The notes beneath the pieces were generated by a model. It was not told the origin of the DNA. It did not search any database and worked only from the letters and a program-made list of their open reading frames with translations. A stretch of DNA of 62,997 nt, filler included, from Squatina squatina (Eukaryota): the NCBI GenBank assembly GCA_031763465.1. It is 20 parts of one record of this genome, joined end to end, with 100 filler letters (N's around TTAATTAATTAA, not from the genome) between each part and the next. Parts side by side here need not be neighbours in the genome. Positions count along the whole stretch, not along the records: positions 51,324 to 61,554 come from JARFOE010000115.1; positions 61,655 to 62,997 come from JARFOE010000115.1; 18 more parts are not named here. One strand, given 5' to 3'. The translations under genes and the position numbers were made by a program. Of this stretch, positions 51,818 through 62,997 are shown in pieces (position 1 is the first letter of the stretch; every line of letters begins with the position of its first letter).

Positions 51818-53910
51818 GTGTGTCTGCTTACATTTAAAGTTGGTTATGTTAGCTTGCCACTTACTGCACAGTAATCGCAAATTAATCCTTTCATTATCAC
51901 AATCCTCCATGCTGGCTTAAGCCTGTATTTCACTCTGTTTCGCTGTCACCCACTTTGTATGAATTTGTAACCATGAATTTAATGAGGTACATATGAACCA
52001 GATGTAACTCAGCAAACTTTTGGTAAAACTGCAGTTGCAAACAGAAGTCTTTTCAATTATGTTTCATAACAGCTCATGTGCAGTTCTGCAATTGCCGACA
52101 TAGGACAGATGAGTGATATGAGATATTTTTCCAAAGAATACCACCCCTTGATGTTGCTGATTCTTGCTGTATCATCTAACAGTATCTGCCTCAGGGATAC
52201 CTCAATGTTACTTCTACTGCCACGTATGTAGTGGCAGTGATAATGTGGGAACTATTTGAAGCGGAAGTTGGGGAATATGGGCCAGAAGACTTAGCCACAC
52301 CCACTTAACCCCATTTAAATATGGCGGAGCAGGCTCCCGGTGGGACTTAAGGAGAATGGACATATTTTAGGAGGGTAATTCAGTGCAATGTTAGAAAGGC
52401 ATGGGTGTTGCCCCATTCTAATCCATTTACCGCCCCAAATCCACCCCAAAATGTTCAGTAATTCAGAGGAAAATCCAGCACTTAGAATTTAGTTTCATAT
52501 AAGAAGAATAGCCACTGGAATAAGGGACTAGAGGGCTGGCAAGCAAACAGTCTCATGTGTTTGTTGTGAAGGGAAAGCCTGGTCATCTGCTTGACCCACA
52601 TACAACTCATTAGTTGACCCTCAGCAGTATTTAGTATCAATATGGTAACAACAGAGGATGCTATTTGCAATAAATTCTCTCGTGTTCAATGGTATAAACA
52701 AGCTGAAGGACATGTACCTCAAAATTATAAATCTGTTATTTCTGTCACTGCAAGATATAATTAGCTCTACAAAAGAAATATGAGGCAAAGTTGAAATAAT
52801 TGTATCCAAGAAACACGTTCCCCTTAAGTAGATCGACAAGGTCTGATTGCATGCAGGGAGCCACATGTATTGGCTATCTAAACCAACTTTGTGACAGACT
52901 AAAGGGTACCAAATGAAAGAATTCCCAGATAGCTGGCTGAATCCATTTTGTTTCAGATTTACTTCATCTAGAATCATACAAATTAAAGACAAAATAAATT
53001 GTGCTCATGAAAATTTGATCAGATAGGATACATTGAATCTTTTCATCCATTGGATGAGCATTTACAATTTGATCAGGGGGAGGAAACAAGCCATCAGAGT
53101 GGCAGAAGATGCCAAGTTGAACATCAAGTTCAAGCTTTGCTAGTGTATGTTTTGAAAATGTGCTGTTGATCACTTTTGTGCTGGAGAGAGTTTACACCCA
53201 CTATGGGCACTTAATGAAAGGAGAACACCAAATTGCACCTGAAAGTTTAGCTAACATGCTGAATATTAGCAACATTAGTTAGTTCACCATTAGTTCTCCT
53301 TTGCCTCGCGTGCAAGTAGTCAAAGTATATTGCTGAAGAGAAGGCTAATGTGCTTGGCTTCCAAATTTAAAATTACACGAAGGATTNNNNNNNNNNNNNN
53401 NNNNNNNNNNNNNNNNNNNNNNNNNNNNNNNNNNNNNNNNNNNNNNNNNNNNNNNNNNNNNNNNNNNNNNNNNNNNNNNNNNNNNNTGTCATTGCCAACG
53501 ACTCGGGCCTCGCCGACGAGCTACGGACCAATTCTGTCTGCGACTCGCCTGCGACACCAAAGGGGGTCACGGGACGGCACTAGGGGGTCGACGCATGACT
53601 TGATGATGTTGTGCGTCGACCTGCTGCGCCAACGGCGTCCCAGGTGAAGAGACCTTTGCACCAACGGGGTGCCGTGCCCATACCGCAAAACTAAAAAATT
53701 GACCCTTGCGCTGCTTTAGTGTCTGCGTAGCGCCACTTTTCGGCGCTACCATGGCGCTAAAACAGACGAATTGGGCTCCCTTGATGTTTCATTGTGGTTT
53801 TAGCATACCTATTAAAAATTGATGACAGCTTTAAATTGTTAACACCAGTGTAACAAAAGGTAGCACAGATTTACAACTTATCTTGTGTTTCTACATTTCT
53901 AAATGTCCAG

Positions 53911-54061
53911 TTTACAGAATATATTCAAGTTTAGCAGTGGTGATATGTTACCGTGGGGACCGTTCTTTGGTGCTATGGCCAGTTGTCACTCACTGATCCT
54001 TTTAGACAACTCTCTTCAAGGTGACCCATTGGACTTAAAAATGTTTGAGACCACTCGCTGG
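53911..54061 (+). CDS. ATP13A4/5-like exon: ...LPWGPFFGAMASCHSLILLDNSLQGDPLDLKMFETTRW
   Basis: AG/GT bounded, 151 nt; GDPLDLKMFE motif. Confidence 0.95.
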
Positions 54062-55659
54062 GTAAGAGACAGACTACATGTTTTAAAGGAGTTGTATGCT
54101 TTCATTTTCACAAATTAAGACCCAATTTAATCGCTTCCCTGCAATGCTTACCATAACCATTTTCCAAAACAGGAACTTTTTTTTCAAATCTATTTATTCC
54201 TATCTCTGTATCCTCCTCCAGCCCTCGTCCCCGCAAACTCCCATTTCTCTGACCTCTTGTATGTACCGNNNNNNNNNNNNNNNNNNNNNNNNNNNNNNNN
54301 NNNNNNNNNNNNNNNNNNNNNNNNNNNNNNNNNNNNNNNNNNNNNNNNNNNNNNNNNNNNNNNNNNNNNNNNNNNNNNNNNNNNNNNNNNNNNNNNNNNN
54401 NNNNNNNNNNNNNNNNNNNNNNNNNNNNNNNNNNNNNNNNNNNNNNNNNNNNNNNNNNNNNNNNNNNNNNNNNNNNNNNNNNNNNNNNNNNNNNNNNNNN
54501 NNNNNNNNNNNNNNNNNNNNNNNNNNNNNNNNNNNNNNNNNNNNNNNNNNNNNNNNNNNNNNNNNNNNNNNNNNNNNNNNNNNNNNNNNNNNNNNNNNNN
54601 NNNNNNNNNNNNNNNNNNNNNNNNNNNNNNNNNNNNNNNNNNNNNNNNNNNNNNNNNNNNNNNNNNNNNNNNNNNNNNNNNNNNNNNNNNNNNNNNNNNN
54701 NNNNNNNNNNNNNNNNNNNNNNNNNNNNNNNNNNNNNNNNNNNNNNNNNNNNNNNNNNNNNNNNNNNNNNNNNNNNNNNNNNNNNNNNNNNNNNNNNNNN
54801 NNNNNNNNNNNNNNNNNNNNNNNNNNNNNNNNNNNNNNNNNNNNNNNNNNNNNNNNNNNNNNNNNNNNNNNNNNNNNNNNNNNNNNNNNNNNNNNNNNNN
54901 NNNNNNNNNNNNNNNNNNNNNNNNNNNNNNNNNNNNNNNNNNNNNNNNNNNNNNNNNNNNNNNNNNNNNNNNNNNNNAAGGCACTATATAAAGTAAATTG
55001 TTGCTATTGTCATTGTTTCAGCATTGGGTTGTGTGAATTGCAAAGTAACTGTCCCAGGGAGCTTGAAGTAACTCTGGACATGCTGGTAATCTAAAAATTA
55101 CTTTGACATCTCGTGAGTAATTTTAACCTAACCTGCTCGGGGAAAAACTGATGGGATCGAATTGGTCGCCGGTTTTACACCCCGCCCGAATTTAACAGGA
55201 AGGAAAATCGGATGGGCTGTAAAACGGATGGCTGATGTGATCCCATCAGTTGCGACCAGGTGGGTGAGGTTAAGATACCCCACCTCCCCCAGCAAGCCCC
55301 ATCCTCGTTACCATTGTCTTCTTTTGAATTTAAACCTTCTTTTTTATGTCTGTTCATGTCCAAGTGCAAATCCTTCCCTGGGAGGACGTGCTGATAGACA
55401 ATTGGTTTAGTCTGTGACTGCTGATCTTAGCTGGTGGGAAAGAGTTCAAGTTGTCGAGGAATGTGACCTGAACCTGCTCTGTGTGTGACACTCAGCCTCC
55501 ACAAAATATCCTCTGTGAATACTGTGAATATACTTGTTGTTGGCAAAACAATGTTAGTAAGAAATTGCAGCTAGGAAAAAAAAACTCATATGGGCTTTGT
55601 GGCTGAGGCTGTGCTGTACAGTTGGAGCTGACGTCTTAAGGCTGAGACAGTATACAAAG

Positions 55660-55965
55660 GCCTTGTTTGCCTGTCTCAGTGGGTCAGGTGAATATTACAG
55701 ATCCCACGGCACTATTTGAAGAAAAGCAGGGCGTTCTCCCAGTGTCCTGACGAACATTGTCCATTTCAGCCAACATCATCAAGGGCAGAATAACTGGTCA
55801 TTAATTTCATTTGCTGTTTGTGAAACTTTGTTGTGTGCAAATTGGCTACAGTGTCTGCCGACACAGCTACAGTGATTACATTTCCAAAGTAATTAATTGG
55901 ATGTGAAGCACTTTGGTATGTCCTGAGCATGTAAAATTTGCACTGTAAGTACAAGTTCTTTCTTT
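55660..55965 (+). mobile_element. Deu-domain SINE (SacSINE1/AmnSINE-like)
   Basis: AGATCCCACGGCACTATTTGAAG...GTCCTG...CAACATCA...GTGCAAATTGGCT...TTGGATGTGAAGCACTTTGG; related fragments near 3060, 6400, 9150, 36300 and 45100. Confidence 0.75.
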
Positions 55966-56321
55966 CTTCCCACCTTATATGCTTTGAATCTGTCAGGTTA
56001 GGAGTTGTGTTAATATTGCCATCCTTATTACCGGTATTTAAGAGGCCGTTATCTAAATTTATTCATACTGGCAATGGATCTTTTGCCCACAATGGAGCTG
56101 TACACAATTATATTAAGATATATTTCAATTTGAAGCAAATTAAAAATATAGTTAAGCTATAAAATTATTTTTTGAACCCATGACAGGAGTTAAAAGAAAA
56201 TACAATCTTAAAGCAGCAAAATGAGGAAGCACATTCATTTATTGTCAAGCCAGGACCTAGAGCTAATAAGGTACTTGATATGAATTTTTTAACTGACAAT
56301 CAGTGTTGCATGTCAAAATCA

Positions 56322-57129
56322 AGGGGCAAAATTTGCCGCTTTATACAGCCCCGTCAGCTNNNNNNNNNNNNNNNNNNNNNNNNNNNNNNNNNNNNNNNNN
56401 NNNNNNNNNNNNNNNNNNNNNNNNNNNNNNNNNNNNNNNNNNNNNNNNNNNNNNNNNNNCCCTCACCGCCCCGACCCCTCCCCATGTGAGCCGACCCCTC
56501 ACCGCCCCGACCCCTCACCTCTCCGCGCCGACCACTTCTGCCTGCGGGGGAAATTGCCCCCGGAATGTGAGGCCGACGCTGATGGCATGGGCAGCTTCAC
56601 GGGTTGCAAAGCTGAAGGTCATCCGCTGCCGGCGCCATATTTAAAGGGGAGGCCTTCAGCGCCCCAGGCTGCCATCTTTATTTGTCGGCCAACACTTGGG
56701 TCGGCCCGACAATGGCAGCCCTAGCGTCAACTGGGCTGCCATCATGCAGCCCAGTACTCCATTTTGGATGCCGGGCTGCTGGGCCAGTCTAACCCTTCCC
56801 TGGTGGCTTAGTGGCAGCCTCCAAAGGGCCATGCAGAGTGCGCAACGGCCCTTCTCTTTACTGAAAGGGGAGGGGCATTGTCACACGTCAGCACTATGCA
56901 GAGCTTCCGCGTAGCGATGGCCTGCTCCATACCGTGCTGGACTCAGCGCCGCACTACTGCCCCGAGAGCACCCCTCAAAGAAAGTGGAGCACCCGAGACA
57001 TTACTCCGCTTCCTTTGAGGGGCATATGACTCAATTCCACATCAGGGCCGGGACTTCTAGGCAGGGTGCTAATAGTCCCGGCCCTGGAAGGTTACCACCT
57101 CCAATCGGAGCGAGGGGCAATTTCGCCCC
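56322..57129. mobile_element. GC-rich non-autonomous DNA transposon-like element
   Basis: Termini GGGGCAAAATTTGCC ... GGCAATTTCGCCCC form imperfect inverted repeats; spans a gap. Confidence 0.55.
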
Positions 57130-57279
57130 ACAAGAATGTTCATTTCATCAGAAAATCCCTGCGTTACACTCAAGGGTGGGAAACTATAGTTATGGGAAAA
57201 TATTTGAGATACTTGGACAATTTCCACTGGAGCAGATATGGGTAAGAGGAGATTTAAAACAGATTTTTTAAATCACAAA

Positions 57280-57595
57280 GGGGTCGAAATTGAGCTATTC
57301 TTTTCACCACGTTAGCGCCTCCGAGGGCGGCGATCTTGCCTGCCGTGAAGATCAGCGGTCGGGGGGCGGCAGGGGGTCCCAGATGCGCAAAGGCCTTTGT
57401 GACCCCTCGGCGCCCCCGGCCGTTATCGAGTGAACGCCAGCATACTGCCCTGGAAGTGAGGCCGACAGCGCTCCGCCTCATTTCCACCGCGGTGTGCCGA
57501 ATACTGCAGCAGGGGCGAAGGCTCGGGACTGGCAATAAAAATCCTGGACGCGGAGCCTTAACACATCCAGCGCGGCGCTTCTCAATTTTGGCCCC
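57280..57595. mobile_element. MITE with TIRs and a 3-bp target duplication (PIF/Harbinger-like)
   Basis: GGGGTCGAAATTGAG ... CTCAATTTTGGCCCC, flanked by AAA on both sides. Confidence 0.75.
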
Positions 57596-57989
57596 AAAGA
57601 GTTTTAATAGCGTATTTGATAGACTATTTCATCTCATTGGGGACTCGGTGATGAGGAGCCAACAATTTAAATTGATCACTAAGAGAATGAGGAGAGAGAT
57701 TAGAAGAAATTTCCTGACACAGTAGGTTGTTGGACGTTGAAATGCTTTGCCGCAGGGAGTGGCTGAGGTATCTTTCAGGGAAAATTGGATACATTTTTGA
57801 AGCAGAAGATGATACCGGTGTTGTGGGATTAGTTTTGGATTTCTCCAACACAGACACAATAGGCTGAATGGCCTCCTGTGCTGTAAATGTTTGGTCCTGA
57901 TAGCAATAAAGTAACAGTACCCAAAAATATGTTACAGATTAATTCCCATATCAAATTCCTTAACAGGGCAATGTTCTTGTATATTACAG

Positions 57990-58146
57990 GTATCAAAGGA
58001 AGGAATTATAGTCCTGAAGCAATACCCATTCTCATCAGCACTGCAGAGAATGTCAGTTGTAACCCAAGTGATTGGAAAAGAAAAACTGACTGTCTACCTT
58101 AAGGGAGCACCAGAGATGGTTATTCGTCTTTGTAAACCTGAAACAG
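57990..58146 (+). CDS. ATP13A4/5-like N-domain exon: [24 protein letters not shown]...[17 protein letters not shown]
   Basis: AG/GT bounded, 157 nt; FSSALQRM and KGAPE motifs. Confidence 0.96.
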
Positions 58147-58188
58147 GTTTGAATGGTCATCCATGAAACTGAAAGCACTTGATGAATC

Positions 58189-58190
<2 letters not shown>

Positions 58191-58227
<37 letters not shown>
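58191..58227 (+). repeat. (TTA)n microsatellite
   Basis: About 12 tandem TTA units. Confidence 0.95.
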
Positions 58228-59523
58228 GATCAGTTCCTGAAATAAATTAGAATAGTACATGAAATCCATGATACAAATTGAAAGCGCAAACGGGATTTGT
58301 AGCAGGACAGGTATAAATCAACTAATATCCCTCCGACCCTCACAGCAGGAGATCAGAGCTTCGGTCACTGATACTGGGTTGACATCCAGCAGGGTACTCG
58401 GGTCCGATGAGTGGCGACCCATGCATCGCATCTAGCCGGTCCTCCTGGTATGGAGTTGTGAATCAGGATAATTACCTATCCACATAAAAAGGGTCTTTGT
58501 CATTGAAAAAAACCAGAGCATGACCTGCTGGATTTAAGAGTGGAAGAAACAGATTGCCTCATAGGCTGTTAGGCACAGAAGAGAAAGAATAAGTAGCTCT
58601 CCTGTGGCATTGCTCACAGGTAGTCTGGGGCTTGGAGCGTGCTATCTGATGTTTAACACAGTCACGCTGCTGCCTAAGAGCATTTTGCGTACCATAATAC
58701 AGAAAATGTAGATTTGCGGTAAAAATATTGGACCTGAAATTACGGTTGAAGGTTTCCCGCAGGCGAATGCCTCCGAACCACAAGTAAAATCCGTACTTGC
58801 CTGATGGCCCCAGATCTACGGAGACTCGGGCCTGCAGGTGTAGGCCTGCGTAAAGACCCACGCATCCCAGGCGCGCATGCGGATCGCAAGCATCCGTGGG
58901 ATTATGTGGGCCAGCCCAACCAATCACAAAGGGGATTCCCATAATGCTTATGGGGATTTTCTTTACATACAGACTCCTCATAAGCATAATGGGAATCACA
59001 TAAAAAATAAATTTTCACACAACCTAAATAAAAATAAATCATCATATATTTAAAATTAATTAAAATACAATTTAATTAAACATTTAAACCAAAAAATTAA
59101 CTTATTGAAAAATAAATTTGAACATTTTTGAAGGGACCAATAAAACCTGAACTAATTTTGCAGGTTTTTGAATGTTTAAATGATTAAAACATTTTTATTT
59201 TAATATTTATTTAAACCCTTACGCTGGTAAAAGAAGGCCTTATGCCTGCTTTTGCCAGGCGTAAGGTTTTGTGGTAATTTGCTGGGCAGTAAGTGGGCAA
59301 ATAGCTCACTCTGCACCAATGAATGTCAACTTACAAGCAGATTCGTACGATCTNNNNNNNNNNNNNNNNNNNNNNNNNNNNNNNNNNNNNNNNNNNNNNN
59401 NNNNNNNNNNNNNNNNNNNNNNNNNNNNNNNNNNNNNNNNNNNNNNNNNNNNNACAGCTTGGAATTGCATAAGATGCACATAAAGTGTAATAACTCCTTT
59501 CTTTTTTTCTTAATTTCTGATAG

Positions 59524-59638
59524 GGAAGATGTGGAATCTGACCTAGTATTTCTTGGGTTACTGATTCTGGAGAACAAACTGAAACCACAGACAGTACCTG
59601 TGCTATCTGAGTTGTCCAATGCCTCAGAAAGTGGCTAA
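59524..59638 (+). CDS. ATP13A4/5-like P-domain exon, disrupted at its 3' end
   Basis: (R)EDVESDLVFLGLLILENKLKPQTVPVLSELSNA then SESG* in place of the expected xIRTVMITG. Confidence 0.88.
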
Positions 59639-61012
59639 TACTGCTCACTGTAACATTATGAGAAAACAAATGCTGAAATAGGATTTATCATTTGCCTTTA
59701 AGTTATCCAATTTATAATTGGTGAACTTTGTCCTCTTCAAGACGAAGATTGACAAGAGCTTTTGGTGCCCAGTATCAAGCATTCCCGGTTCAGATATGGC
59801 ATAGCCAGCTAAAAAGTGAAGCTCCCTCCATTTTGCCACAACCTTTTATCCTAACCCCACAAGACCATCTCCTATTACACTAATGGGAATGTTTCTACTC
59901 TCGCACCAACTCCTGTTATGCACTTTTTGCGAGAGGTTTCCAGGCGATACCAATTTAGTGAGGAATGGTTAGTTAAGTGAGGAACTGGGTGAACCCAGCA
60001 CCCATGTAACCACACTCGAGCATGAGTCAGCACCTTAGTGAGAGCAGGAGAGAAAAACTAAAGGGAAAAAAACATGGCGTTGAATTACAGGCCAGCCTGA
60101 CTCTGTTTGATCTGTTCTAATGTGTACACACANNNNNNNNNNNNNNNNNNNNNNNNNNNNNNNNNNNNNNNNNNNNNNNNNNNNNNNNNNNNNNNNNNNN
60201 NNNNNNNNNNNNNNNNNNNNNNNNNNNNNNNNNNNNNNNNNNNNNNNNNNNNNNNNNNNNNNNNNNNNNNNNNNNNNNNNNNNNNNNNNNNNNNNNNNNN
60301 NNNNNNNNNNNNNNNNNNNNNNNNNNNNNNNNNNNNNNNNNNNNNNNNNNNNNNNNNNNNNNNNNNNNNNNNNNNNNNNNNNNNNNNNNNNNNNNNNNNN
60401 NNNNNNNNNNNNNNNNNNNNNNNNNNNNNNNNNNNNNNNNNNNNNNNNNNNNNNNNNNNNNNNNNNNNNNNNNNNNNNNNNNNNNNNNNNNNNNNNNNNN
60501 NNNNNNNNNNNNNNNNNNNNNNNNNNNNNNNNNNNNNNNNNNNNNNNNNNNNNNNNNNNNNNNNNNNNNNNNNNNNNNNNNNNNNNNNNNNNNNNNNNNN
60601 NNNNNNNNNNNNNNNNNNNNNNNNNNNNNNNNNNNNNNNNNNNNNNNNNNNNNNNNNNNNNNNNNNNNNNNNNNNNNNNNNNNNNNNNNNNNNNNNNNNN
60701 NNNNNNNNNNNNNNNNNNNNNNNNNNNNNNNNNNNNNNNNNNNNNNNNNNNNNNNNNNNNNNNNNNNNNNNNNNNNNNNNNNNNNNNNNNNNNNNNNNNN
60801 NNNNNNNNNNNNNNNNNNNNNNNNNNNNNNNNNNNNNNNNNNNNNNNNNNNNNNNNGACCACACAAGCTTTGATCTCATTGTTATTAACACTATCTGAAA
60901 CACTTTGCCTCATAACCTTGTGACACACACCCAAGTATATTATACTAATATTATTTTTGGCTCTATACCTTTATTCTAATACTATAATAAACAAAATATT
61001 TGTATGTTCAAG

Positions 61013-61123
61013 GAAACAAAAATTCCTATAGATGGTTTTGAAAAGAAGAAAGATTTTCATTTTGCTATGACTGGAAAATCATATGAAATTCTAATTCAAC
61101 ACTTCTATCATTTACTGCCCAAG
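61013..61123 (+). CDS. ATP13A4/5-like exon: ...DFHFAMTGKSYEILIQHFYHLLPK
   Basis: AG/GT bounded, 111 nt. Confidence 0.93.
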
Positions 61124-61252
61124 GTAAGATATCTAATACAAAGGATATCTGCATAATCATATTATGCCTGCTTTTCTGAAATGATGTGCATGTACAACAA
61201 TATTATTAAGTACTACTCTGAATAAATATTCTGCATTGTATTTCCATTTCAG

Positions 61253-61332
61253 TTGCTTATAAGTGCTACAGTTTTTGCCAGAATGTCACCAAACCAGAAG
61301 GGAAGCCTAATAGAGGAGTTTCAAAAATTGGA
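61253..61332 (+). CDS. ATP13A4/5-like exon: LLISATVFARMSPNQKGSLIEEFQKL
   Basis: AG/GT bounded, 80 nt; VFARMSP.QK motif. Confidence 0.95.
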
Positions 61333-62214
61333 GTAAGTTTTACAAATGTATAGTTTTTGACCAAGATAAAGACTTACTAAGTCAAGCAAAAATTGGTCTT
61401 CAGTGAACCCCATCAGCCATGAACATTATTTTACCATGATTTTAAATGAATGCTTTTCCATTGACAATTCACTGTAAGAACTGGCCAACCTGGATATCCA
61501 TATTGATTCATTTTTAGGACAATAGTATTGTAAGGCAATATTCCTCATTAAGATNNNNNNNNNNNNNNNNNNNNNNNNNNNNNNNNNNNNNNNNNNNNTT
61601 AATTAATTAANNNNNNNNNNNNNNNNNNNNNNNNNNNNNNNNNNNNNNNNNNNNGGATGAATTAAGAGGGACCAAATGGCCTTTTTACACTGGCTATTTA
61701 TGCTGATTTACACTCATTTTACATTTGCTTATATGCTAATGAAATTGCCAAAATCTGAGCATAATTTGACATCGGCGGAATGGGCGTAATGTCGCCTGCA
61801 CTAGAAATTCTGGGCCTGTCACTGAGGCCGTGAAACGTGCTATTTAAATGCTAGTCTTTCTTTTTAACCAACAGCAACAACTTGTATTTATAAGCAGAAG
61901 AGCATATCAAAGCAATTTATTGCCAGCACTAAATATCTAATGGCTCATGATATATTTCGGAATAAAAACAGAAAATGCTGGAAATACTCAACAGGTCAGA
62001 GAGAAACAGAGTTACTGTTTCAGGTCAATGATCTTTTTTTCAGAACTGGAAAAAGTTATAGATGTTACAGTTCTTAAGCAAGTACAGAGGCAGGGAAAGA
62101 GGGGAGAGGAGGAAAGAACAAAAAAAAGTCTGCGATAGGGTGGAAGACAGGAGAGATTATCAGGAGGTGTGTCACTATAACTTTGTGTTGTTACAGATTT
62201 CCATAAACGTTCAA

Positions 62215-62545
62215 GAAAGACTTGCATTTCTACAGCGCCTTTCACGACCACTGGACGTCCCAAAGCGCTTTCCAGCCAATAAAGTACTTTTGAAGTGTAG
62301 TCCCTGTTGTAATGAAGGAAAAATGGCAGCTAATTTGCACACAGCAAGCTCCCACAATCAGCAATGCGATAATGACCAGATAATCTGCTTTAGTGATGTT
62401 GGCTGAGGGGTAAATATTGGCCAGGGTGCTGGGGATAACTCCCCTGCTCTTCTTCAAAATACTACCATGGGATTTTTTACGTCCACCTGAAGAAGCAGAC
62501 GGAGCCTCGGTTTAACGTCTCATCCAACAGACGGCACCTCTGACA
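62215..62545 (-). mobile_element. Deu-domain SINE, well-preserved copy
   Basis: Reverse complement of the family at 55660-55965. Confidence 0.8.
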
Positions 62546-62689
62546 NNNNNNNNNNGAACCACTGGCTGACCCATAAATCAATGAAAAACAGGCAGAGCTG
62601 TAAAATTATAAGACACGGATGTTGTGTCTATATACAGAAAAAATAGCCTTCAGGAAAGTGTTAACCAGAACCAAAGCAATGCCTTGCTC

Positions 62690-62700
62690 AAAGATGGCGG
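62690..62700 (+). promoter_or_regulatory. YY1-type motif (AAGATGGCGG) in the CpG-rich POLR2H promoter/5' UTR
   Basis: Matches the YY1 consensus, about 170 nt upstream of the POLR2H ATG in a CpG-rich segment. Confidence 0.55.
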
Positions 62701-62830
62701 GGCTGCGATCAAACGCTCACACTGCGCTGCTGGGAGCCGCGGAGGTCTGCAAGTATCCCGGCATACCTTGAGACACGCGGAGTAGTCGAACCTGGCCTGC
62801 TTGGCAGCGGCTGTAATTTGTCGTGTTTGA

Positions 62831-62992
<162 letters not shown>

Positions 62993-62997
62993 TGAAT

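Noticed and set aside
54096..55094. Long ORFs of 240-330 aa here and at 60035-60934
   Set aside because: Almost entirely N-derived X residues.
56303..57725. GC-rich ORFs resembling a CpG-island gene
   Set aside because: Bounded by terminal inverted repeats; non-autonomous transposons inside an ATP13A intron.

Overview
Fragmented vertebrate draft scaffold, most likely a cartilaginous fish (inferred from shark-type Deu-domain SINEs and CR1/L2 LINE relics). It consists of 1-3 kb contigs joined by N gaps, many carrying an artificial TTAATTAATTAA linker, so order and orientation across gaps are uncertain. Right half: 11 clean OPA1 exons (minus strand, 38.0-49.5 kb) lie head-to-head with 9 exons of an ATP13A4/ATP13A5-like P5B ATPase (plus strand, 49.7-61.3 kb) that shows three possible inactivating lesions. 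The first coding exon of POLR2H is at the far end. Left end: one clean PDZ exon of a CASK/MPP1-like MAGUK and a possible MPP1-like first exon. Main observation: almost every contig from about 1.7 to 36 kb contains a heavily decayed, apparently single-exon leucine-rich-repeat gene relic. I count about 16, on both strands, some with LRRNT/LRRCT cysteine caps, resembling the CPN2/LRRC15/GP5 group. This looks like a graveyard of a once-large tandem LRR array beside OPA1, invisible to the ORF track. These relics were read by eye across stops and frameshifts, their boundaries are approximate, and they need a translated search to confirm. Protein comparisons are to human sequences recalled from memory; no database was searched.
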